From an uncultured Verrucomicrobiae bacterium (lineage in GTDB: Bacteria; Verrucomicrobiota; Verrucomicrobiia; Chthoniobacterales; Chthoniobacteraceae): a stretch of DNA of 64,000 nucleotides. This document shows positions 48,501 to 54,694 of this stretch, piece by piece. The position numbers and the translations under genes were made by a program. The stretch is from positions 64,001 through 128,000 of the forward strand of contig CAVYKI010000010.1 in the NCBI GenBank assembly GCA_963769025.1, in the 5' to 3' direction. Below the pieces are notes generated by a model. That model saw nothing but the letters and a program-made list of their open reading frames with translations. It searched no databases and was not told the origin of the DNA. Each line of letters opens with the position of its first letter. Position 1 is the stretch's first letter.

Positions 48501-51410
48501 GGCTCCCATGTTCAGGGTGTTCGTGGCCGCCCCGCCTCCCTGGCCGATGAGCAGGCGGTCAAAACCCGCCGCGGTGACGGCATCGTGCGCCCCGAGATTG
48601 ATGGTCGCCCCGGCCTGGATCTGCAGCGTCGCATCCGCGCTGGCACCGAAGTTCAGCACCCCGGTGCTGTTCAAGTTCAGCACGGTCGAGGCACCGGTGA
48701 CCGTGAAGTCGTCCGCGATCGTGACGGCGCCACCGGAGAACGTCCAGGTCCCGGAACTCATCGTGGCGTCCGCCGAAGTGCCCGTCTGGGTGAGACCGCC
48801 GGTCAGGGACCCCGCACCGGTGCCGATGAACGTGGGGTTGATGGCGTTGACATTGATCGGGCCCGCGTAGGTGATCGTGGCTCCGCCCGTGCCGTTCGCG
48901 GCGAGCGTGCTGGCGACGGTCATATTGATGGCGCGGTCGGTGGACTGGCTGGTGCCGCCGACGAACGCAAGCGTGCCGCCGCCCAAGCTGATGCCATCGG
49001 TTCCCTGGCCGAGATTGCTGGGGCCGCCGCCATTGTCGCTCACGGTGCTGAAGGCGAGGGTGCCCCCGGTGACGGTGACGCCGCCGGTGAATGTGTTCGC
49101 GCCGGCAAGGGTCACGACGACCACCCCGCTCTTGAAAATGCCGCCCGCGCCGGAAAACGTCTGCGCCTCGGTGAAGCTGCCGGTGGAGCCGCCCCATCCC
49201 ACACGCCCATCCTGGATCTCCACGGGACCCGAATAGCCGGCGGTGACGCTGTTTTCCAAAAGATTGCCCGCGCCCGTCTTGATCAGCGGAAATGCGCCGT
49301 TCACCGAGGTGACGATCATCGTGCCCGTGCCCGCCCCGTTATTCGCCACGTCGATGGTCGCCCCGCCCGCATTCAAGGTGAGCGAGTTGCCGGTGAGGCC
49401 GTAGGCCGTACCGGCGGTGATGTCATTGGAACTCACCGAGAGAACCCGCCCGCCGCCGATGGTGATCGTGCCCACCGTATGGGTCGTTGCCGTGGCCGCA
49501 GCGGTCACGCGATCCACCTGAATGGTGGTGTCCGCATTGACGATGAGGTTTCCCGTAAATGTCGTGCCCGCGTCGGCGGAAAGTCGCAGCGTCCCGCCGT
49601 TCAGGTTGAGACCGGTCGCCGTCGTCATCAGTGCGGTGGTGCCCCGCAGTTCGAGGATGCCCTCGTTCAGATTAAACGCGCCGGTAAGAGTGCTGACCCC
49701 GTTGAGAATGAGGATTCCCGATCCGGTCTTCGTAAACCCGCCGGTGCCCACGAGGTTGTTGTTGTCCGAACCGCGATTGAGCTGCAGCGAACCGAGGATG
49801 TGGAACAGGGCTTCGTTCGTTCCGAAGAGAAAGTTCGTGCCATTGGTCGTGGTCGCGCCGGTGGCGACGAGGCTCACGCCGCCCGTTTGGAGGATTCCCC
49901 CGCCCATCGTCAGGTTGCGGTCGCCCGCCGGGCCAAGGATGTCGATCCCGCTGTCCAGAGTCAGCGTGTAAAGGCTGCGCGATGCCGCATTGGTCACATC
50001 GGCGGTGGGTCGCGCGTTGCTGGCGGCCACCCACGTGGTCTCAGCACCTTGATTGTGCCCTGCCAGCGCCAGCGGAAAGAGGCTCGTCCCGTCCCCACCG
50101 TGAGTGGCGAATGAAATCAGCGCGCCATCATTCACCACCGCCCACGGGAGGATGGTGTTGACGAGCGCGTTCGCGGTCGTGAGCACCACCTGGTTGGTTC
50201 CGCCGCCGAGGCCGGTGCCATTCACGTAGAGCGTGCCGCCGGCGACGCTGCGCGTGATGGATGGAATCGTCAGCGTGCTTCCGCCCGCGCCCGCGGTGCT
50301 GTTGATCGTCAGGGCCCCGGCGTTCAGCGTCAGCGCGCCGAGCGTCTCCGTGGTCGCGGCGGCGTTGGCGATGAAATTGACCGTGCCGCCCGCGGAGGTA
50401 AACGCGCCCGCGGTGCGGTCCGCGACGAGTGCCGCCGTGTTGTCGAGCGTGAGTGTGCCGCGGTTGCTGAGCGTCACGCCGCTGGTGCCCGCCATCTCGC
50501 CACTGCCGCTCATTCTCAAGGTCCCGCCGTCGATCAGCAGCGCTCCGAGGAATGCCGATGTGCTGTTCCCGGAAAGGACGAGCGTGCCCGCGCCCGTCTT
50601 CCTGAACGCGCTGCCCGCGATGCCCGTGATGACGCCGCCGTAGGTCACCGTGTTCCCAGACGCATCGACCTGCACGGTGCCCGTCACGGCATTGCCGATG
50701 GTGATTCCGCGATTGGAATCGAGCGCCGGATTCCCCGTGCCCGTGAACTGGAGCGTGCCGCTCCCCGTGAAGCTGATGCTGTCCGCCGTCGCCACGCCGG
50801 GCGCGGTGCCGAGATTTGCGTCCGTCGAGATCGAGAGCGTGCCTCCGTCGATGAGGGTGCGTCCGGTATAGGTGTTCGTCCCGCCGAGCACGAGTACGCC
50901 CGCGCCGGTCTTCGTGAGATCAAATGCGCCGTCAACGGTCGAGTTCACGATGGCCGTAAGGCCTGATGCCACGTCGAAATTGGAGTTCGCCGCCAGTTGC
51001 AGGATGCCGCCGCTGAGCGTGATCAACCCTTCCTCGAAAATGAGGCCGCCGATCTGCTGCGTGCCCGATATGTTGATCGTGAATGCCTGGCTCGCATTCC
51101 CGCCCGCCGAGAAGACCGCGACGTCGCCCGCATTCCAAAGGCTGATGGCTCCCGTGCCATCCGCGATGGCGTTCCAAAGCCCTGTCGCCCCATCCCACGT
51201 GCCCGCGGCGCTCCCCGTGCCGGAGGCTCCGGCAGCAGCGCCGTTGAGGTCCCAGTAAACATTGGCTCCCTTCGCCTCGGAACCCGTGGAAAGCGAGAAC
51301 GCCGCGAAGGCAAACGCGGCGATCGATCCCGCAAGCGCAGACGGCCTGCGTGCGGAACGGGCAGTTTTTTTCTTTGGCTTGCGCGAGAGGGCGAGGAAGA
51401 TCCGGTTCAT
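33528..51410 (-). CDS. Giant (5960 aa) surface protein with autotransporter-associated beta-strand (PATR) repeats and C-terminal PEP-CTERM
   Basis: Uninterrupted 17.9-kb ORF with a signal peptide and G/T/A/N/S-rich sequence. It has many repeats of the LxKxGxGxLxLxGxNTYTGxTxxxxGTL type and ends VPEP + TM + RERRR. No C-terminal barrel is visible. Confidence 0.93.
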   Translation of the reverse strand: MNRIFLALSRKPKKKTARSARRPSALAGSIAAFAFAAFSLSTGSEAKGANVYWDLNGAAAGASGTGSAAGTWDGATGLWNAIADGTGAISLWNAGDVAVFSAGGNASQAFTINISGTQQIGGLIFEEGLITLSGGILQLAANSNFDVASGLTAIVNSTVDGAFDLTKTGAGVLVLGGTNTYTGRTLIDGGTLSISTDANLGTAPGVATADSISFTGSGTLQFTGTGNPALDSNRGITIGNAVTGTVQVDASGNTVTYGGVITGIAGSAFRKTGAGTLVLSGNSTSAFLGALLIDGGTLRMSGSGEMAGTSGVTLSNRGTLTLDNTAALVADRTAGAFTSAGGTVNFIANAAATTETLGALTLNAGALTINSTAGAGGSTLTIPSITRSVAGGTLYVNGTGLGGGTNQVVLTTANALVNTILPWAVVNDGALISFATHGGDGTSLFPLALAGHNQGAETTWVAASNARPTADVTNAASRSLYTLTLDSGIDILGPAGDRNLTMGGGILQTGGVSLVATGATTTNGTNFLFGTNEALFHILGSLQLNRGSDNNNLVGTGGFTKTGSGILILNGVSTLTGAFNLNEGILELRGTTALMTTATGLNLNGGTLRLSADAGTTFTGNLIVNADTTIQVDRVTAAATATTHTVGTITIGGGRVLSVSSNDITAGTAYGLTGNSLTLNAGGATIDVANNGAGTGTMIVTSVNGAFPLIKTGAGNLLENSVTAGYSGPVEIQDGRVGWGGSTGSFTEAQTFSGAGGIFKSGVVVVTLAGANTFTGGVTVTGGTLAFSTVSDNGGGPSNLGQGTDGISLGGGTLAFVGGTSQSTDRAINMTVASTLAANGTGGATITYAGPINVNAINPTFIGTGAGSLTGGLTQTGTSADATMSSGTWTFSGGAVTIADDFTVTGASTVLNLNSTGVLNFGASADATLQIQAGATINLGAHDAVTAAGFDRLLIGQGGGAATNTLNMGAFNLTTDRLDIGVLTPGLFGVVTGSGNLTVTTTLNLFSGTIEANLISALAVNKQGTGTVTLAGNNSLSSATAVIVTAGNLILDYGTNNGNKLTPTTGLDLRGGNLTLEGNASAATTQSVASVTLGSGGSSKIAVNSNGFATTLNLGNVARGALANDGTLRLELPALGAITTTSANNNATGTGILGGWYTVTTSSGDTFFAKNDGSGSPGNIVAATTTLQDAIGSWVRGDNVTDSAGFTGTLDCQDINSLRFNADAASAVTINAGGVLSITSGGILMTSAVTTGAHTISGGTLTSGINELIFIQDSTAQSLTVSSAISGTTGVTKSGLGTLVLSGNNNYSGITDIQAGTLVASGNGIGDASPVTLADDQASMLQLTGNETIGNLAGGNTTTSFGVAVGVVDVGVNTLTINQTVGTTYAGVFTGSGAIVRNGTSGVANLSFQGSSGAGFTGTLTINGGLVLLDALGTMDASAITLNKGASFLISNNGATRTGARILDTTPITLNSADGSWNAETRPSGLAIRTDQNATTNETIGDLVFNSGANYLRGDASGTTGIASLITNNFVRNNNATVDARGRAMGATTGDRNQFRIGTAGNQTAFIATLVGGGGAAGTKTISIVPWAFGETTTTTLADANMGNSLVTYVSGAGFRALDLTTEYFAFSTKASNSDNIRESRPTDLTGVAGTTLNALVVNNSNTTANTINLTGTGGGQTLAVTSGTMLFTATAAVTGTPAMGITLGGFDSGITVGSTNEYVFFVQNPTSAAAGGTVTATISSPLTSTADITKSGRGTLILSGNNAAGGGSRKTTLNEGILEIADLDNIGGNTGALVFAGGTLRLGAGLTDDISQRTISFLNGGGTFDLNGLNVSLANSLGSGSGNFTKAGAGNLTLNATTAHTGNTIVAAGTLTLGVNQAISTGDLTVAAGATFDMGAFNATVGDITLPNSATAALTGTGTLTGTGTMTVNRGTVTPILAGNMNLLKLTSAQTVVLGNAASTFTGYTHITNGTLSIDTIANAGFSSSIGAPTGENAAIRLGLGTTTGVLLYTGTGGSTNRPFWISGTTGGGTIDNDGSGALVLNGNIENVESGGATPATLTLQGTTTGFDNVLNGIIDQCVGVLALTKAEAGTWVLANTAAPSTYTGITTITAGTLQVNRAIGGLGDSTAVNAINLNAGILSLRNDGTGNNGSITYGSASNPGGYNVQLTTSGSTINVASLTGNTGNTIVLGPLTQATAAARTLNVTGADGYSLTLSGLGLNPGTGQTTTLNPTTASLIIAGNVTNPMTGFGTGNFDTITLDGTSTGNRVDGVISDAVGGGFAPVLLGGYTRVTKSNISTWTITGANTYTGVTTVSGGTLLVNNTTGSGTGTSLLTVTGGTTAATQGILGGTGTVTGGVTLAVGGATNFSQGAVLNPGTVGTAGTLTINTVGLTTNANAFGKLNFDLAGVTTVGGGVNDLISTDIIPVFGTNTQVNINAMAPLSVGGLYTLVNGYTGTLSNFGNLVLNPVFAGDPAHTGVLQNNSNQLQLFVTNLTPSIAFWSGSVDANWNTLGAGAASNWRTDATGNADTFALPGTTTDVHFYTTTPAAGNLATVLGQNFTIRTLTFAAAATSGASISGNTLTLTPPSGTTGLAVESGAGAVTINSAVTLGAAQIWANDAANVLTINGNVTGAFGLTVAGTGDVTIAGTIPAGVTSVTKTGTGTLYLSSANGFTVNTNINTGGVVKIDAETGLGVGTNDIIFGTGGGTLQVTTGFNANSGKVFNVQAGPGTIQVDGGTLVMSSAIVGTTAATANGGGLIKTGAGTLALTVSSSSYDAQGVGVGGATGVGFRVDAGTLLLQGTSNSVVGDINPNSMTMQLNGGALAIQTDTASIARANVYVTGTPTTITLDRATPGNGITQAIGTGTGAGLTMGVGSSVLNIAGGANITGGTEVVSFTGSASFLASPTFNVTNASGGGALTLTLGALNDNGVARTITKEGDATMILATAATGLVDGTVIDLNGGTLNSNNATALGALAAVDVGDGTTLNIGASQTLGSLGNVGTVTNSGLVNITGAFTLTVGNVTNNLSSTFTGSIQGATGAVAKAGGGNLTLSGLSSSAASNYGGLTTINGGTLTFDTANPSLSGGLTLGAAATTVPVAFDLNGINASFGGALIMNINSATASTITVDPGKTLSFGGNVQIGATTPGTTNARATLTMTGGGNLNVTTAAGGLFAVGGSTSSTNSQNSVLDLTGLNGVTIDVSATGTVRVNQPNGTNLAGNQSTLLLPTPTTGITPTTPVTTITAANFNVGDNSGNAGAAGQTNSVVLGTGLTTLYVNTVNVGTGGRDMGQITVASGNGTIFLRAADTTSRVALNIGTGAANTGVPPGAGVTNIVDFTGHSADLLLSTLNIGTQSRGSSHGNSFSFDTGTLDMLSLTAATRTAESGNGAGLARTTDVTINLGGGIVNIASGILQFGNLAGTYTVAGQSATENATLNISGGTVTIGATSGTAITMAALNNGTSTQATAVNSTINISGGTTTLGGNIVKIGLSGTGSGSKVANAAINLSNGLLDMAGFNIGSSTQSVAFEGQGGTLQNLAELNGGTTPLLKTTGGTLTITGTNTYSGGTAIQDGTVIAVGGVNERLGSGGLSFGNLGTSGVLRLGNGSGASNQTATSLASSGFGTSNAIVSGNAAFSTLTVNQSTVTTYNGGLGGAGANENNLHFVKTGSGELTVGGTSTYTGSTTVTGAGSKLTFAGPISGTTAITVGDGANLRLLNGVGDKLTVTALTLGSSGGTLTELGLNVGDTVTAGDQLSTDLITLSTGGALTLFAGNQIKFNLTDIGLNPSQNYNLLSVVDGGLTTGLLSNSDWLLGATPGGFTSITLVRTDTLMYITTGLLITGDWFWRGGAGLVWNDATNWSEDKAGTTARISSPGQGSDVKFIADSLTGGAALTTTLEQNFKINSLTFEPSTNPLDTPSSVTINTGALTTSRIAIAPQVSTDGLKITTGGPATVTINAQIRLGADQTWNVTSASTLVLSGSIIGPGFLKLNDDGTSAGTIILRGTDALGTYDGATTLTAGRLILEGLADNRLPGLNAFTLGAGSTSAVLQLGDSVNGASNTALGTLTTSGSGTANAIVGGSAAVSTLIVTQGATGTFGGVIGGAGTNENNLALVKTGTATLILNGANTYTGTTTVNNGILRLGAAGSITTSSALSVNANAGTTATFDNNSRTTVFTGGITLGGADIAATPVIANTGGGGSITLNGNVVFDGTNDPLGGSIAAPMDLGTASRTFTANDSATAATDLTVSGAVTSTAGNVGANGFALVLDGTGNGLITGPVTLASGTTDGANSDVIKNGTGTWTIQGTVSVGDDYLVNAGTLTVSGAGSLILGSAGDLVADSTGAPVVNLNVVDAIVGGAGQNRLFARDGATIYLNATNAIGSSIEQIILGDDNQGIGNLELLGGTTNTIPLLQIGFNTVATEVGNITGTGTLNVTNTLTLNQGTVSANLSGAAAATRDNNLTVTLSGNNSLTGTTLNREGTLVLDFTTNAGTDNKMGTGAFTVGSATNSDAPSNTNLIGNATAPSTQTVASLAVAGGPSQMSLTSAGGQNVTFAVAGTITRTAGILNVSLPDANTLFAYSGPTVNTNGIVGAWLTINDRDFASISGGQIVAATYTTKNNASTWGSNENITNSAGFTGTVDPDCNTINSLRFDVAATSTITVGQSLVISSGGIMVTSTVVGSSSTITGGTLASGTNEFIITQNNTGTLTLASRIVGGAAITKNGTGITVLSGTNNQTGTITIIEGTLRLTGGSAVSDNSQINLRNAPGTRLELVTNQTETIGSLAGDSGGSVVLNTGSTLTVNQTSAQTVNAIFSGAGKLVKDGGSTLTLTGNSTMTGNVTVNAGLLSLSGGSGDIAQATSYTLNGAELRSVQDQSGTIDRVSNTVAITLNNTAGTNGITVENTYATTAGSRDENVGAINLGAGHNVATALPTNNSTATVALLTADTLSRGSNRATLLVRGLALGSTATARKGLIRFDAAGQAALNGFEVGNGSDTGTQLKIIPWIVGDVTNAGLGNSFVTNVDATTGVRPLATTEYINDDNTITGTLFDNIRFTATAAITATPAAINSLVLDSATPIALTGSASPMESSMEITTGAILAAGAGSHSIGTISEITTGGSRDYTVFVTTAAGSLTLATPLTSAVPLVKSGAGTLALTDTGNLFTDVYLNQGTLLIDNLDKVNGTTNALHFFGGGLKLAAGFTGDPSTKPWDINTGGGTLDVSLVTAGVTLANGINDTTAGSADELNIITRSVTTGTTGLLTIQGASTFTGTTIVNQSVNSSTVSSVVLNGTTNSAINGNLQIGNVTSGTLDVVVGLGADEQIVDTAVLSFVSASGAEAYFKLFGRTETVAGISAVSRGVIENHESATDTVAGNGTLIVNSNQDFSFTGFLRNRASGTGGTLAFTKQGNGTQILAGANIIYTGPTTISGGTLQLNDATAFASDITNNSNLVINRTTGTQTLSSAISGSGSVIKLGAGTLVLAGGSSYSGVTDIQQGMLSISASNNLGDASATNDIRIANGSTFQSTGANVDLGVGRDIALAGALASIDVTLANVLTVSGVISGDDCTDLLKTGTGTLVLAGTNTYSATTTISDGALQVGTGGTTGTTGTGAIVNNGALSFNRSNTLAVANNISGSGALVQSGTSTGRTVLSGTNSYTGTTTVASGTLQAEKQVSLYNGNAANWTAAKVIVEPGATAAFNVGGAGEFTASDIDTIKVIGTASGGFKNGSSLGLDTTNAGGTFTYGTAIANTNAGANSVGLTKLGAGTLELTAASSTYTGVTTVDAGTLAVTGSLSGTSGVKVNSGGTMLLNAANRINDAATMELAGGTLNTGGFNETLGALILSQSSNIDLGSGASILTFGAGTTFALGANLVIDGWTGNPLMPGPGGGGTDQLIFNTDIAGSGWLNQISFTGFGAAAQIDLGGGQYEIVPVPEPATTALIGAVALCALIGYRERRRFPGVRSRTAGR

Positions 51411-51763
51411 GTTGATGCGAGGGTGCGAGGGGTGGGACGAAGACGTGGGGGGCGGCTAAAGGCTTGCGACTGCACGGGATTCAGCGGCGGCATACGCCGT
51501 ATGCGCCAAGCATTGCCTCGAGCGGAAACTCGACGCGGGAGGCTGCGAATTGAGTCACTGATTCTGGGGGATAAAAATTGGCTTCCGGTCAAGGCCACCC
51601 GCCGGTTATTCGCCAGCGAATGTCCCTAGAATTAACGGTGATAAAATCATGCCGTAAACTTGCCGGCAAAACCCATGAGTTGTCGCGTTTTCCGCCAAGC
51701 CGCTGTCGTAAAAAATGACCGGACATCTCCCCCTGACAAACGAGCTTCCCCCGGCTTGCCCGT

Positions 51764-51792
51764 TTGCACCGCACATCCTCGCCCCCTAGCCT
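51764..51792 (+). promoter_or_regulatory. Putative sigma70 promoter of FKBP copy 2 (leaderless spacing)
   Basis: TTGCAC-17-TAGCCT, 6 nt before ATG 51799. Confidence 0.45.
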
Positions 51793-51798
51793 CCGAGC

Positions 51799-52266
51799 AT
51801 GAAATTCACTGCCTTCGCAAAATTCATCTGTGCTGCCAGCCTCATCGCTTCCGTAGCCACGCCCCTGTCGGCGGCTTCGAATCGCGAAAAGGGCGAGGCG
51901 TTCCTCAAGGAGAACTCCGCCATGGAAGGCGTGAAGACCACCGCCAGCGGGCTGCAATACAAAGTGCTGCAGGAAGGCACCGGCAGGACCCCGAAAGCCA
52001 CCGACACCGTCGTCGTCCACTACCGGGGGACGCTCATCACCGGCAAGGAGTTCGACAGCTCCCACAAGCGCCGCAAGCCCGCCACCTTCGCTCTGAACCG
52101 CGTGATCCCCGGCTGGACCGAGGGCGTGCAGCTCATGAAGGAAGGGGCGAAATTTCAGTTCACCATCCCCGCAAAGCTGGCCTACGGCGAGCGCGGCACC
52201 CCCGGCGGCCCCATCCCGCCAGACTCCACGCTCGTCTTCGAGATCGAACTCCTCTCGATCAAGTAG
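51799..52266 (+). CDS. Exported FKBP-type peptidyl-prolyl isomerase (copy 2)
   Basis: Same motifs and same length (155 aa) as copy 1. Confidence 0.95.
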   Translation: MKFTAFAKFICAASLIASVATPLSAASNREKGEAFLKENSAMEGVKTTASGLQYKVLQEGTGRTPKATDTVVVHYRGTLITGKEFDSSHKRRKPATFALNRVIPGWTEGVQLMKEGAKFQFTIPAKLAYGERGTPGGPIPPDSTLVFEIELLSIK

Positions 52267-52334
52267 GCCGTTCCGTTCGGCGCGTGAGCGTCTGCGTGCG
52301 CGGACTTTCCGTATGGTCCGAGCCCATCCAAAGC

Positions 52335-52375
52335 ACAAAAGGCATGCGCATCGAGGTGATGCACATGCCTTTTGT
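52335..52375. terminator. Probable bidirectional intrinsic terminator
   Basis: Inverted repeat ACAAAAGGCATGcGCATC-GAGGT-GATGCaCATGCCTTTTGT between convergent genes. Confidence 0.75.
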
Positions 52376-52407
52376 TGGAATTACAGGATCGCGTGTGCGT
52401 CCGCTGC

Positions 52408-53199
52408 CTACTTCATCAGCTCCGCGAGCTTCGGCGTGATGGCGTCCGCCCAGATCTGATAGCCCTTCGCAGAGAGGTGGAGGAAATCGGGCATGATCTC
52501 CTTGCTCAGCGAGCCATCGGGCTCGAGGAATTTCGCGCCGATATCGAGGAAGAAGACGTGCTTGCCGTCGTCGAGCTTGGCGATCGTTTCATTGACCTGC
52601 TTCAGCTTGTCGCGCTGCGCGTTGGGCGCGGCCTTTTCGCCACGCGGGAAGACGGCGAGCAGGAGGATTTTCGTCGCGGGCGTCTTCGCACGGATCGTCT
52701 CGACGATCTTGGTGACGCCTTTCGCGATGCCCTCCGCCGAGTCCGAACCCGAGTTGTTCGTGCCGATCATGAGCACCGCGGCCTTCGGCTTGATGCCGTC
52801 GAGTTCGCCATTTTCGATGCGCCACAGGACATGCTGGGTGCGATCGCCGCCGATGCCGAAATTGGCAGGCTCATACTTTCCGAACGCCTTTTCCCAGATG
52901 TCCTTCTTGCCGCCCCACCCGGCGGTGATCGAGTCGCCGAGGAAAAGCAGCTTCGCTTTCCCCTGCTTGGCGATGGCGACGAAGCTCTCGTGGGACTTGA
53001 TGAATCCCGCGTTCGGCTGGCCATCGGGACCCAGCTTGGGAGCGGCGACGTCCGGCGCTTGCGGAGGCAGCTTCACCGCCGGCGCGGCCGGCTTCGCGGG
53101 AGCTGGCGCCGCGGGTGCGGCGGCGGGTTTCGTTTCGGCGAAAAGTGACGCCGAGGTGAGAATTGCGGTGAACGCGATTGCGAATGGGAGTGGTTTCAT
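52408..53199 (-). CDS. Exported GDSL/SGNH hydrolase (PAF-acetylhydrolase IB-like)
   Basis: Signal peptide, Pro/Ala linker, FLGDSIT, NFGIGGDRT, IGTNN and DFLH. Confidence 0.93.
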   Translation of the reverse strand: MKPLPFAIAFTAILTSASLFAETKPAAAPAAPAPAKPAAPAVKLPPQAPDVAAPKLGPDGQPNAGFIKSHESFVAIAKQGKAKLLFLGDSITAGWGGKKDIWEKAFGKYEPANFGIGGDRTQHVLWRIENGELDGIKPKAAVLMIGTNNSGSDSAEGIAKGVTKIVETIRAKTPATKILLLAVFPRGEKAAPNAQRDKLKQVNETIAKLDDGKHVFFLDIGAKFLEPDGSLSKEIMPDFLHLSAKGYQIWADAITPKLAELMK

Positions 53200-53223
53200 G
53201 GGGTTGTGGGATTGGAACCGCGG

Positions 53224-53252
53224 ACGCTATGGAGTCCGCGGCGCGCTGACAA
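53224..53252 (-). promoter_or_regulatory. Putative sigma70 promoter of the GDSL gene
   Basis: TTGTCA-17-TAGCGT on the minus strand. Confidence 0.45.
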
Positions 53253-53354
53253 GGATCTGCGCAACGAATGTCGTCACGCCGGGGCGAGGGGTACCGTCAG
53301 GGCGATGACGGAAACGGCCGAGGCAGCGAATGGGGCGCTTTCGGCGAAAGCGCC

Positions 53355-54113
53355 CTACCGGAGGATCTCCGCGAAGAACTTCTTCATCGCGGACCATGAT
53401 TCCTTGTCGGCCTTTTCCTGGTAGGCGGGACCGGCCTTGGTGAAGCCGTGCTGCGCGCCTTCGTAGGTGACGAATTCCACCTTCGCTTTCGCCTTTTCCA
53501 TCTCCTCCTTGAACGCGGGGACCTCCTTGTTCACGTGGGTGTCGGCGCCGCCGTGGCAGACCAGGATGCGCGCCTTGATGTCGCCGTCCTTCGCAGGCTT
53601 GGACGTGGAAAGACCGCCGTGGAAGCTCACGACGCCGCGCACATCCGCGCCGCTGCGGGCGAGTTCCAGCACGCTCGTGCCGCCGAAGCAGTAGCCGATG
53701 GCGGCGAGCTTCGTGGCATCGGTGCCGGAGTGTTTCTTGAGCTGGTCGAGCCCGAGCATCACGCGGCGGCGCAGGAGCGGGAGATCGTTTTTGTAAGTGC
53801 CGGCCTGCACCGCGCATTCCTTCGGGTCGGTGGGGCGCACGCCTTTTCCGTAGATGTCGGCGGCGAATGCGACGTAGCCCAGTTCGGCGAGCTGCTTGGT
53901 GCGGGACTTCGCGTAATCCTGCAGGCCGGTCCAGTCGTGGATGACGAGGACGCCGGGGCGCGGGCCTTTCACGGAGTCGTCGTAGGCGAGGAAGCCCTCG
54001 AGTTCCGTGGAGCCGTCCTTGTAGATCACGGTCTCGGTCTTGATTTTTGCGAACGCGGAGGAGGCGAACACGGCGAGTGCGACGATGAGCAGGGAGAATG
54101 GATGACGTTTCAT
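53355..54113 (-). CDS. Exported dienelactone hydrolase family protein
   Basis: Signal peptide, IGYCFGG nucleophile motif, HGGAD and HGF. Confidence 0.93.
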   Translation of the reverse strand: MKRHPFSLLIVALAVFASSAFAKIKTETVIYKDGSTELEGFLAYDDSVKGPRPGVLVIHDWTGLQDYAKSRTKQLAELGYVAFAADIYGKGVRPTDPKECAVQAGTYKNDLPLLRRRVMLGLDQLKKHSGTDATKLAAIGYCFGGTSVLELARSGADVRGVVSFHGGLSTSKPAKDGDIKARILVCHGGADTHVNKEVPAFKEEMEKAKAKVEFVTYEGAQHGFTKAGPAYQEKADKESWSAMKKFFAEILR

Positions 54114-54249
54114 GCCGGAACGCTGGACGAGCGTGGTGTCGATGCAAGCTGCAATCCGTGAAGCCGAGCGCGCACGACGCGGAGCGTGCATTTCTTCACG
54201 CCACGCTGCGGCGCTTCCTTCGCCGGGGAAATGCGCTAGCGTCGGACCG

Positions 54250-54633
54250 ATGTCCGTTTCCCTCGCACGCCTTCTCCTCGTCTCGGCGCTCAGCCTGGCG
54301 CTCGCGTCGTGCAGCTCGGTGCCGCTGCCGGAATGGGCAAAGCGCAAGGCGGTCCCGAAGGCCGTGCCGATCCGTTTCCCGAAGACGCAATCCGACGGCA
54401 CGAAGGGCAATCCCAAGGGCGTCGGGACGATCCTGCTCGTGAATGCGGATGCCGGATTTGTCCTCATCGACTCGCACGGCTGGTCGCTGCCGGAAGTCGG
54501 CACCGCGCTCAAGTGCATCCGCGACGGCGTGGACTCCGGCATCCTGACCGTGAGCGGCGAGCGGCAGGGATCGCACGTCGTCGCCGACATCGTGACGGGC
54601 GCGCCGAAAAAGGGCGATCAGGTCTTTCAGTGA
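54250..54633 (+). CDS. Hypothetical lipoprotein
   Basis: Lipobox LASC after a hydrophobic stretch; small beta-rich domain ending P.KGDQV. Confidence 0.7.
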   Translation: MSVSLARLLLVSALSLALASCSSVPLPEWAKRKAVPKAVPIRFPKTQSDGTKGNPKGVGTILLVNADAGFVLIDSHGWSLPEVGTALKCIRDGVDSGILTVSGERQGSHVVADIVTGAPKKGDQVFQ

Positions 54634-54694
54634 AGCCGCGTGGGATCGGCAGCGCGTTCCGCAATCGCGCCCGGCGGCGGAAAAAGTCGCCGCA

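Noticed and set aside
33528..51410. CRISPR array or DNA tandem repeat in the repetitive giant ORF
   Set aside because: The repeats are degenerate protein-level motifs with no identical spaced DNA repeats, and there are no cas genes.
53333..53355. Short palindrome GGGCGCTTTC-GGC-GAAAGCGCCC as a REP/MITE
   Set aside because: Only one copy was seen; it is probably just a 3' hairpin at the hydrolase stop.
53355..54590. 411-aa extended dienelactone hydrolase, and similar extensions of the SprT and GlmU-like ORFs
   Set aside because: The extensions overlap the opposite-strand lipoprotein, tRNA-Tyr or tatD; downstream starts fit better.
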